From: a virus | IMG/VR virus record: IMGVR_UViG_3300042549_005813 | DNA: 64,000 bases | Reading direction: 5' to 3' (one strand) | Shown: positions 55,417-64,000 of the stretch, in pieces | Numbering within the stretch: the stretch's first letter is position 1 | How the letters are laid out: every line of letters begins with the position of its first letter | Translations under genes and position numbers: made by a program | Notes under the pieces: generated by a model | What the model was told of the DNA's origin: nothing | The model's input: only the letters and a program-made list of their open reading frames with translations | Databases searched by the model: none

Positions 55417-56247
55417 ATGGCAGATACAGTAGAACCAACAGGACCAGAAGCAAAAGATTTACCAATAGTTGGTAATGAAAATCTGAAACCACCTCCTGGT
55501 GCAGAGAATGATGGCCGTGTTCCAGGAACACCAACAATACCGATGTGTGCAAGAAGTGTTGTTACTGGAACAAGTAGAGGTAACAACAATAAAAAATTGG
55601 CTCACGTTTGTAGTTTTATTGATGAAATGAGAAAAAACATATATCTGAAAAAATTCATCAAATCTACAGCACAAGCAATTAGAGAACAAATCCGTAATAT
55701 TTTGAAGATACTTGGTTTGAGTGATAAGTCAGGTGCATTTGCAGCAATTTCAGCTAAACTCAAAGAAGCGGCTCGTTGGTTAAAAACGGTTCAGAAATTT
55801 TTAAAAGACGTTATTGATTTTGAAAGATATGTACTAGCATACGTTACAAAAATCAGAGCCATTATTGCTTGGATACGTTCTTTGCCCGCTAGATTCTTAG
55901 CATTATTAGCACAATGTTTGGCCAAATTCTTAAAACTGGTTGGTAGTGTTTTGACGGATTTCTGGCAAGAATTGACAGCCGGATCAGACAGTGGTTTGGG
56001 AGAATTAGTTAGTTCAGCAAAAACACTCGCAAACGAAACAATTAAAACTGTTCAATTAGCAGGCACAGCAGCTGCGGGAGTAATTGTTATTGCTGGAGCA
56101 GCGACAACAGGATTATTGGTGCCAACTTCTGCAGCAGAAGTTTCGGCAGCAAATAGAACGATTGCAAATTACAATGCAACTTTACCAACAGCAGAAAATG
56201 TATCCGCTCAGGCAGTTGTACCGAACCAAAACAAATCTACACCTTAA
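55417..56247 (+). CDS. helical baseplate-associated hypothetical protein
   Basis: lies between the gp5 segments; amphipathic helices. Confidence 0.65.
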   Translation: MADTVEPTGPEAKDLPIVGNENLKPPPGAENDGRVPGTPTIPMCARSVVTGTSRGNNNKKLAHVCSFIDEMRKNIYLKKFIKSTAQAIREQIRNILKILGLSDKSGAFAAISAKLKEAARWLKTVQKFLKDVIDFERYVLAYVTKIRAIIAWIRSLPARFLALLAQCLAKFLKLVGSVLTDFWQELTAGSDSGLGELVSSAKTLANETIKTVQLAGTAAAGVIVIAGAATTGLLVPTSAAEVSAANRTIANYNATLPTAENVSAQAVVPNQNKSTP

Positions 56248-56250
56248 ATT

Positions 56251-57114
56251 ATGTCTGAAATTAATTCACCTCCAATAGAAAATACGTGGACAGAACCAGA
56301 GTCTGCTGCAAACACATATTACCAACCAATATATCCATATAATAATGTGCAGCAAACTGAAGCTGGACATAAATTTGAAATGGATGACACACCAACCAGA
56401 GAACGTGTGTGCTTATCGCATAGGTCAGGAACATTTATTGAAATGCATCCGAATGGTGATGAAGTACACAAAGTTTATGGCAATGGATTCACAATCATCG
56501 TTTCAAATAAAAACATATTAATTGGTGGTGATTGTAATATTGAGATTCAAGGTAACTGCAACCTGAACGTTCTAAAAGACATGAATGTACAGGTAGGTGG
56601 AAATTATAACTTACAAGTCAGAGGTGAGACAAACATTAGGTCTGTTGGTGATGTAGATATTTTAGGTGATGCTGATGTAAGAATTACGGCTGATGAAAAT
56701 TTTGGTGGCACAATGTATCTTGGTGCTGCTGACCATATATCCATAGCATCCGATTTGAACGTTGGTGGTTCGATACATGCAGACATGATTAATGCTGAAT
56801 CTAGGGTTACCGCAGGCACAGGTGTTTTTGCAGGATTTGATGGATTCACAACATCTGGTGGTGTATCTGCTGGATTTCCAACACCAGCGACACCTATTGC
56901 AGTTCCTGGCCAAATTAACGCACTAGGTAGTGTGTATGCGGCAGTTTCAGTAAATGCACCTTTGGCCAATTTCTCGTTAGCTAGAATTGGTGTTATGGAT
57001 GCAGTATTAATGTCAGATAAAATCAATACAGCTATATTTGATACACATATTCATGGAAATGGTAATAACGGATTTCCAACAACAAACCCATTCACGCCCT
57101 TTGTAGGAGTATAA
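56251..57114 (+). CDS. gp5: gp5 C-terminal beta-helix spike segment
   Basis: YPYN.V..TE.GH..E.DDTP..ER....H.SG.F.E..P.G, V.G repeats, terminal HIH. Confidence 0.85.
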   Translation: MSEINSPPIENTWTEPESAANTYYQPIYPYNNVQQTEAGHKFEMDDTPTRERVCLSHRSGTFIEMHPNGDEVHKVYGNGFTIIVSNKNILIGGDCNIEIQGNCNLNVLKDMNVQVGGNYNLQVRGETNIRSVGDVDILGDADVRITADENFGGTMYLGAADHISIASDLNVGGSIHADMINAESRVTAGTGVFAGFDGFTTSGGVSAGFPTPATPIAVPGQINALGSVYAAVSVNAPLANFSLARIGVMDAVLMSDKINTAIFDTHIHGNGNNGFPTTNPFTPFVGV

Positions 57115-57116
57115 TT

Positions 57117-57959
57117 ATGACAGCAGTGGCAAATGCAGCGGGAGTTTTTCACTCTTTTGGATATAGTTTTGATGATCCAAATGGACACATACAAGAACTA
57201 TCACAAGACACAATAGAACATTTGGATGCTATGCCTCCTTTTATTACAGATTGGCAAGCACAAGATATTGCAAATAAAGATTTCGATGGTTATTATCAAA
57301 ATCCTATGCAAAGCATCATTATGTTAATATATCAAAATGCCAATGCAATTAGTGAACTTGCAAATACCGGAAACGGAGTATTAAACTCAGTAACTGTTCG
57401 CAATTCAGCAACACAATTAAGAAGTAATGCACAAGAGTTTTTATCACACACAAGTAGACTGTCTGGTTTAACTCCATATGTTGGAACAGATAATATTAAT
57501 CCCTACCTTGATATGGCCATGAGTTTTGGTAGAACAGCGATGTATATTACTCAACAAACCGATGGTATTACAAATAATGCACCTATTATGGGTAGTTTTA
57601 CTAGTTTGATGATTGAACCACAATTAATTGCAAATAACGATATTCTGTTAACATATAAACAACAATTTGCAAATAGTATTGTTACCACAACGACATTTGA
57701 CATAGTTTTGCAAGAAAATGTGACAACAGTATCATCAAATTTGACAAGTCAACAAATTACAAATATAAACACACATATTACTAATTTGAATAACTACATG
57801 CAAACCAGAAGAATAGCTGATATTGATTTTTACAATAATGTAAAATATTTCATTGAAGGATACAATAAAACCAAAAAACTCAATAATATGGGCGAAACCG
57901 AGAAATACTTGATTATGAATTTAATTGGTACAGAGAAGGCCAAGACCAGAATTTCATAA
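57117..57959 (+). CDS. hypothetical virion protein
   Basis: AGGAG RBS; in the baseplate operon. Confidence 0.7.
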   Translation: MTAVANAAGVFHSFGYSFDDPNGHIQELSQDTIEHLDAMPPFITDWQAQDIANKDFDGYYQNPMQSIIMLIYQNANAISELANTGNGVLNSVTVRNSATQLRSNAQEFLSHTSRLSGLTPYVGTDNINPYLDMAMSFGRTAMYITQQTDGITNNAPIMGSFTSLMIEPQLIANNDILLTYKQQFANSIVTTTTFDIVLQENVTTVSSNLTSQQITNINTHITNLNNYMQTRRIADIDFYNNVKYFIEGYNKTKKLNNMGETEKYLIMNLIGTEKAKTRIS

Positions 57960-58056
57960 TTGCCAAAATTTCGAATTTTTGCGTTCCGGCTCAAGAATTT
58001 TTTCCCACAGCTTCAAAAGTCCAAAAAATCGTTTTACTCCTAGACATAAATAAAAG

Positions 58057-58458
58057 ATGGCAACCTCACAAACTATACAAAAACTCTACTCCGATATAGA
58101 CTTCACACTCTCCAAGAGACCTGTGTTGAATGATATTGCTTTAAGTTATGACAATCAGGCCATTATCCGTTCTTTGAGAAACATATTATTAACAAAAAAG
58201 TTTGAAAAACTATGGAATCCAGAGTTTGGATCCAATATAGACACCCTTTTATTTGAAAATATCTCCAGTGTTACAGCTGCGGCTTTAGAAAAAGAGATTT
58301 CAGTTGCAATAGAAAATTATGAACCTAGGGTAAATATGAAAAATGTAGTAGTGACACCATACATTGACAGAAATGCTTATGATGTTACACTAACTTTTTA
58401 TATATCAAATGCAACACAACCAACTACTGTAACAGTTTTTTTAGAGAGAAACAGATAA
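58057..58458 (+). CDS. gp25: baseplate wedge gp25
   Basis: YSDID..., AI..SL.NI.LT...E....P.FGS....LFE, YEPRV; CATAAATA upstream. Confidence 0.92.
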   Translation: MATSQTIQKLYSDIDFTLSKRPVLNDIALSYDNQAIIRSLRNILLTKKFEKLWNPEFGSNIDTLLFENISSVTAAALEKEISVAIENYEPRVNMKNVVVTPYIDRNAYDVTLTFYISNATQPTTVTVFLERNR

Positions 58459-58459
58459 A

Positions 58460-60538
58460 ATGGCAGGTGCTAATTCAAATTTCAACATAACCGAACTAGA
58501 TTTCGGTTCAATCAAAGACAGTTTAAAGAACTATATGAAGGACAATGGTGTCCTTAATGATTATAATTACGAAGGTTCTGCAATTTCCACACTGTTGGAT
58601 GTATTAGCATACAACACGCAATATAATGCATATTACTTGAACATGGTTGCAAATGAAATGTTTTTAGATACTGCTTTACAAAGAAATTCAGTGGTTTCTC
58701 AAGCAAAACTTTTAAACTACACACCAAAATCTGCGATTGCACCTTCAGCCACAATCAATTTGAGAATAAATGGTGTAACAGATTCGACTATAACTTTACC
58801 AAAATATACAAACTTTCTTTCAGAAGCAATTGATGGCATCAATTATAATTTTGTGAATACGGATGCACATACTGTGGATGTTGTTAATGGTGTCGCACAA
58901 TTTAATAATCTAACACTGAAACAAGGTAGACCGCAAATAAATTCATTTCTGGTAGACACTGGAACAAATCCAAAAAGTCTATTCAAGTTACCAGATACAG
59001 ACATAGACACAACAACACTTTTGGTGGCAGTACAACAATCCACATCAAACAATTCGTTAACAACATATAGTCCATCAACAGACTATCTATCTTTAGGCAA
59101 CGATTCTAAGGTATATTTCCTACAAGAAGGCCTAAATGGTTACTACGAAATTTATTTTGGCAATAATATTTTAGGTAAAAGTTTAAATAACGGTAATATT
59201 GTTCGTGTTTCATATGTTACAACTCAAGGATTAAACTCCGCTGGCGCAAATAATTTTGTCATAATGAATACTGTTGCGGGTTACAGTAACACGGTTATTA
59301 CACCGATAACTTCTGCAACACAAGGTTCTTCAAAAGAAACCATTGACTCTATTCGTTTTCAAGCACCAAAATCTTATGCTGCACAAGGTCGTGCAGTAAC
59401 CAAAGATGATTACATAACAGCGATTCAACAAAATAAATTGGGTTATTCTTTTGATGCAGTGAATGTTTGGGGTGGCCAACAAAATGATCCTCCTGTTTAT
59501 GGTCGTGTATTTGTTTGTATGAAACCGACTGGTGCATATACGATTACAGAAAATCAAAAATCAAAACTGATTAAAGATGTTTTAAAACCAATTTCTTTAA
59601 TGACAATTGAACCAACGATTGTTGATCCAGATTATACTTACGTACAAATTACAGCAAATGTGTTGTATGATCCAAAGAAAACAACTGCTACATCGGCACA
59701 AATTAAGGCTGCCGTTAGAAATGTTATCAATCAATACGCTAGGTCAACTTTAAATACTTTTAATTCAACATTCAAAGCGTCCGATTTCAATAATAGAATC
59801 AACGCAACCGATTCTTCTATCATTACAAATGAAATTTCTATCAAGTTACAAAAGAAATTCTTTCCAAATTTAAGTACACCAACAACATACAAACTATATT
59901 ACGGAACAGAACTGAAAAAAGGTATGTTCTTGACTGGTATATTGAGTTCACCGACAGTGGTCTATAGAAATCCATTAAACTTGGCGCAAACTATTCAAGG
60001 CCTTTATATCGAGGAGGTACCTTCATCCTCAGGTGGTGTAGAATCTATTACAGTTACGAATCCTGGTTATGGTTATGAATATCCACCAAAGATTACTATA
60101 TTAGGTGATGGTTCCGGTGCAACAGCAGAAGCAGTAGTGGTGAATGGTGTTATTAAAAGAATTAATGTCTTAACAAAAGGCACAGGATATACATCAGCAA
60201 TATTGACAATAACAAATGCAGCCAATGATACAACAGGTACACTTGGTGCAGCAACAGTTATGCTTGAAGGTAAATATGGCACATTAAGAACTTATTTTAA
60301 TGATACATTTAATGTGAAAACAGTCTTCAATGGTAATATTGGTACAGTAGATTACAATAATGGTATCGTTACATTAAATGCGTTTTCGCCTATTACAGTT
60401 GACAATGAATTAGGTCAACTAACATTGACTACAACACCTACATCAACTATTATATCATCTTCTTACAACAGAATCATTACAGTGGATGAATTTGATCCAC
60501 AATCAATCATTGTCAATGTAACAGCTAAAACAACATGA
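58460..60538 (+). CDS. gp6: baseplate wedge gp6
   Basis: ELDF..IK..L, DY..EGS....LLD.LAYNT.YN, NE.FLD.A..R.SVVS.AK, AP..Y..Q.RAVT..DY. Confidence 0.93.
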   Translation: MAGANSNFNITELDFGSIKDSLKNYMKDNGVLNDYNYEGSAISTLLDVLAYNTQYNAYYLNMVANEMFLDTALQRNSVVSQAKLLNYTPKSAIAPSATINLRINGVTDSTITLPKYTNFLSEAIDGINYNFVNTDAHTVDVVNGVAQFNNLTLKQGRPQINSFLVDTGTNPKSLFKLPDTDIDTTTLLVAVQQSTSNNSLTTYSPSTDYLSLGNDSKVYFLQEGLNGYYEIYFGNNILGKSLNNGNIVRVSYVTTQGLNSAGANNFVIMNTVAGYSNTVITPITSATQGSSKETIDSIRFQAPKSYAAQGRAVTKDDYITAIQQNKLGYSFDAVNVWGGQQNDPPVYGRVFVCMKPTGAYTITENQKSKLIKDVLKPISLMTIEPTIVDPDYTYVQITANVLYDPKKTTATSAQIKAAVRNVINQYARSTLNTFNSTFKASDFNNRINATDSSIITNEISIKLQKKFFPNLSTPTTYKLYYGTELKKGMFLTGILSSPTVVYRNPLNLAQTIQGLYIEEVPSSSGGVESITVTNPGYGYEYPPKITILGDGSGATAEAVVVNGVIKRINVLTKGTGYTSAILTITNAANDTTGTLGAATVMLEGKYGTLRTYFNDTFNVKTVFNGNIGTVDYNNGIVTLNAFSPITVDNELGQLTLTTTPTSTIISSSYNRIITVDEFDPQSIIVNVTAKTT

Positions 60539-63500
60539 TAGAAAACGGCCAACTAACCTCTTTATTGGTCAAGGACCAATTACCTGAGCACATTCGTGAC
60601 AATGACCAGTATATAAACTTTCACACGTTTATTAAGGCATACTATGAATGGATGGAAGAAACGGGTAAAGTTACCGAACGTACCAAGAATCTGTTATCAT
60701 ACAAAGATATTGATACCACAACAGAAGAATTTTTAGATTACTTTACTAATGATTTTTTACCATTCTTTCCAAAAGATACTCTGTTAAGTAAAGAAGAAGC
60801 AGTTAAAGTTGCAAGACAATTATACCAAACAAAAGGTACACCAGCATCATACGAATTCCTTTTTCGTATACTTTTCAACTCAGACTTTGAAGTTTTTAAT
60901 ACAAAAGAAGCGGTGTTTAAGGCCTCTGCTGGTACATGGTATGTTTCAAAGAGTTTAAAACTTGCATCAAGTAATCGTAATTTTCTAAACACCAAAAATC
61001 TGAGAGTGTTTGGTTTAGAATCAAAGTCTATTGCCACGATTGAAGCAGCGGTATTAGTTGGAGAAAAAACAGAAATCTTTATTTCAGATATTCAAAGACT
61101 GTTTGAATCTGGAGAATTTGTTAAGATAGTTGACTCAAATAACCAAGATGTGTTATTTAATGGTGAAATACTTACAGCAAAAATTGTAGGTCAAATCAGT
61201 CAAATTAAAATAAACTCCGTTAAACGTGGTTCTTTATACCAACCAGGTGATCCTGTTGTTGTCTATGATGGTATGGATGATGACACTACTGGTGTTGGTG
61301 CATCGGCTATTGTTTCAGAAACAACAAGAGGTTCTCTACAACGTATCAATGTTGTGAATGGTGGTTTCGGTTATACTTTAAAACCAAACACAGTTGTTAC
61401 AGTGGTTGGTGGCGGAGGTGCCAAAGCAAACGTATATGCTTTGTCTAATTTCTTACCACCATCTTACACGATTGTTAATGGCGGTTCAGGTTATAGAATA
61501 AATGATAGAGTGAATTATGCTAATGCGGCCTTTGCTTACGTTACTAGTGTTAGTGGAACAGGTTCGATTACAGGCATTAGATATGTACCTTCTGTAAATG
61601 CACAGGCTGTTGTTAGTCTTACCGCAACAGTTCAATCATCTAATGTTTTGGCCAGTGGTGCAGTTATAACAACCGCATCAGCACCTGGTAATGCAAGAGC
61701 AAATGTTGGTTACATTACAACTGATGTTATTGGTTACAAAGATGATGTTGTAATAGGTAACAGTAATTTCTTTTTTGCAAATATGGCCAGTGCAAATGCA
61801 AATACCAAATTAATTAATGCATTATCTTTCAGTACACTAGAAACAAGTTCAATTTTTAGTATGATTGTTGACAATGGTGGTGGTGGTATTGCATCTATAC
61901 CAACCATCGAGGTCACTTCTACAGTACCCACAGAAGATGAGTTTGATGTTTACTCAGCCAAACGTTCTGATATTGCACCACTTGGTATACTTGCACCAAT
62001 TCAAATCATTAGTGGTGGAGGTTGGTATCAAGCAAACGACAGAATAGTTTTCACCGGAGGTTCTGGCCAAGGTGCATATGCAAATGTCACCAGCGTTGGT
62101 GCAAACGGTACCATAACAGGAATATCCTATTTTTATAATCCAGCCGATCCATTTCCACTTTATCCATTAGGTGGAAATGGTTATAAAAATGAATTTTTAC
62201 CTTCAGTCAGTGTTCAATCAGCAAACGCAAAAGCATCTGGTGCAATCATAACAGTACCTGGAATACTAGGTACTGGTGCTGACTTCTCATTAGTTGTTGA
62301 CCGTGTTGGTTCAATTACTACAATTGGCCTACAAAATTATGGTGAAGATTACTCATCACAACCAGGTGTATCATTAAAGATACAAGATATTGTTGTGTCA
62401 AATGTTGCGATTGAAAATTTACCACGTAAAGGTGAGGTCATCTATCAAGGTCCGACAATCAACCTATCAACATATACCGCCAGAGTTAATTCAGTATCGT
62501 TATTGGCTCCAGATGCAAACACACAATTGTCACTGTACAATCTACAGGTGTTTAACTACAATGCAAATCCAAATCCAAATTTAACATTAAAGATATTAGG
62601 TGAAGATAGAAACATCAACTTGAGAATGGCCAACTCGGCATTTCCACAATTTGAAAAGTCATATAGTTACTTTGATGCATCAGGTAATAGAACAGTATAC
62701 ACCAGAAACTATAACAAACAAGGTTACATTTCATATGGTGACGGTTCAGCAAAAGCAAACGCAACATTCTTAAATGGATTGGTCATTGGTGATGGTCAGT
62801 ATTTGACCTCACAAGGACAACCAAGTTCATTCGACATTATGCAAGATGATAGGTACAATAACTTTACCTATTTGATTACAGTTGACAAAGAGATTTCAAA
62901 ATACAGAGAAGTTCTTTTAGGTTTATTGCATCCAGTTGGAACAAATGTATTAGGTCGATATGGTTTAAAATCAAATAACAATATAAATTCACATGTTTTT
63001 GAAGCAATGTATTTGGGTAAACCATGGTCTTATTATATTGATATGAATGTGGAAAATGTGGTAACAATTGTAACAGATTTTACCAATAAAAGTAACAACA
63101 TAATTAAAATCAATCAAACAAATGGTGCAAACTTAGAACAAATATTTACTCCAAATACACACATTCTTATTGAGACCAAAAATGGACCAAATGTATATTC
63201 AGAAATTGTTTCGGTTAACAATGCAACAAGCACAGTTACACTTGCAAGTAATGTTTGGTTGACCTATGCAAACGTTGCCTTGGTAACAGGTAACTCTGGT
63301 TCAAACGTACTAAATATTACATCTCTAACAGGTCTATATGATTTGATGAACAATGGAAACTATAGTGATCCAGTGTATCCAATAAGAGATATTGTTTATC
63401 GTGGTGACGTTGTTCTTGTTGATAATAATTCAAGTAAGATAGTTAATACAGTTGATTATGTAAACAAAAAAATATATTTGTCAACTAATTTAACCTCAAC

Positions 63501-63669
63501 AACAAATTCTTATATGGCTGTGAAAAGAACCTTCATTGCAAACAGTACTATATCATCAAGTCAAATTGAATTATACGGTTCAGCTGGAGTACCATATATG
63601 CCAGAACTCGCCACAGAAGATGGTGATACATTAATAACAGAAGATGGAAAAACAATCCTATTGGGGTAA
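60535..63669 (+). CDS. gp7: baseplate wedge initiator gp7-like
   Basis: QLP..IR....F..FI.AYYEW.E, LY..KGT..S..FLFR.LF, QD...Y..F.Y, HP.G. Confidence 0.8.
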   Translation: MIENGQLTSLLVKDQLPEHIRDNDQYINFHTFIKAYYEWMEETGKVTERTKNLLSYKDIDTTTEEFLDYFTNDFLPFFPKDTLLSKEEAVKVARQLYQTKGTPASYEFLFRILFNSDFEVFNTKEAVFKASAGTWYVSKSLKLASSNRNFLNTKNLRVFGLESKSIATIEAAVLVGEKTEIFISDIQRLFESGEFVKIVDSNNQDVLFNGEILTAKIVGQISQIKINSVKRGSLYQPGDPVVVYDGMDDDTTGVGASAIVSETTRGSLQRINVVNGGFGYTLKPNTVVTVVGGGGAKANVYALSNFLPPSYTIVNGGSGYRINDRVNYANAAFAYVTSVSGTGSITGIRYVPSVNAQAVVSLTATVQSSNVLASGAVITTASAPGNARANVGYITTDVIGYKDDVVIGNSNFFFANMASANANTKLINALSFSTLETSSIFSMIVDNGGGGIASIPTIEVTSTVPTEDEFDVYSAKRSDIAPLGILAPIQIISGGGWYQANDRIVFTGGSGQGAYANVTSVGANGTITGISYFYNPADPFPLYPLGGNGYKNEFLPSVSVQSANAKASGAIITVPGILGTGADFSLVVDRVGSITTIGLQNYGEDYSSQPGVSLKIQDIVVSNVAIENLPRKGEVIYQGPTINLSTYTARVNSVSLLAPDANTQLSLYNLQVFNYNANPNPNLTLKILGEDRNINLRMANSAFPQFEKSYSYFDASGNRTVYTRNYNKQGYISYGDGSAKANATFLNGLVIGDGQYLTSQGQPSSFDIMQDDRYNNFTYLITVDKEISKYREVLLGLLHPVGTNVLGRYGLKSNNNINSHVFEAMYLGKPWSYYIDMNVENVVTIVTDFTNKSNNIIKINQTNGANLEQIFTPNTHILIETKNGPNVYSEIVSVNNATSTVTLASNVWLTYANVALVTGNSGSNVLNITSLTGLYDLMNNGNYSDPVYPIRDIVYRGDVVLVDNNSSKIVNTVDYVNKKIYLSTNLTSTTNSYMAVKRTFIANSTISSSQIELYGSAGVPYMPELATEDGDTLITEDGKTILLG

Positions 63670-63672
63670 ACA

Positions 63673-64000
63673 ATGTCAACAGTAAAAATTTCGCAATTAA
63701 CACAGGGTAGTATAACAACCAACAAAGCCAATACAATTTTTGTTGGTGTGAACTTGGAAGCAGACAGCACCAATTCATATACATTAGAACAAATTTCTCA
63801 ATTGTCTGATGCATCAACACAGGCGGCTTTCTTACAGGCAAATACACCATCAAGCGTTGCAAATTCTGCTGGCAATTTTGCCAACGGTGCATTTCTTGCA
63901 GCCAATTCTGGTGCATTATTTGCCAATGCATCATTCATTACAGCCAATGCTTCTTATGTTGCACAGAATACTACCGCATCGTTCGCTAACGGTGCCTTTG
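63673..64000 (+). CDS. tail fibre-like protein (partial)
   Basis: MSTVKISQL start; repeated A(F/Y)xxAN units; open to the window end. Confidence 0.7.
   Translation, partial: MSTVKISQLTQGSITTNKANTIFVGVNLEADSTNSYTLEQISQLSDASTQAAFLQANTPSSVANSAGNFANGAFLAANSGALFANASFITANASYVAQNTTASFANGAF

Noticed and set aside
1-64000. Stop-codon reassignment, introns/inteins, retron or DGR
   Set aside because: Core genes are intact in the standard code; no reverse transcriptase, intein motifs or interrupted core genes were recognised.

Overview
A 64 kb piece of a large T4-like (myovirus) phage genome, AT-rich and probably infecting a Gram-negative proteobacterium. Evidence for the host is the sigma70 promoters, an outer-membrane beta-barrel gene and a proteobacterial-type tmRNA tag ending FALAA. 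Left to right: RNase H and accessory genes including a CobT-like VWA peptidase and a radical SAM enzyme (1-9.4 kb); a GC-richer minus-strand block followed by a promoter-dense early region with a cluster of five DnaA boxes and two families of repeated promoter-upstream palindromes (9.4-27 kb; rIIA, rIIB, AAA ATPases, CobS-like protein, HNH); accessory genes up to phoH; a ~7.3 kb island between phoH and the exonuclease; a circularly permuted (two-piece) tmRNA; gp33/gp59/gp32; and the tail/baseplate module (gp26/gp51, tube-like protein, gp2, gp4, gp48, gp53, hub, split gp5, gp25, gp6, gp7, start of a fibre). The best candidate for an undescribed system is the island at 33.5-40.9 kb. It is a late-expressed, RiPP-like post-translational modification cluster: a radical SAM/SPASM enzyme, an Asn-Cys-repeat substrate protein, two small paralogues, four Fe(II)/2OG-type oxygenases and a B12-type radical SAM. 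It may chemically modify a virion or surface protein. Other highlights are the permuted tmRNA, the DnaA-box array and a likely -1 frameshift fusing gp26 to gp51. All family calls come from motif recognition by eye; no database searches were run.
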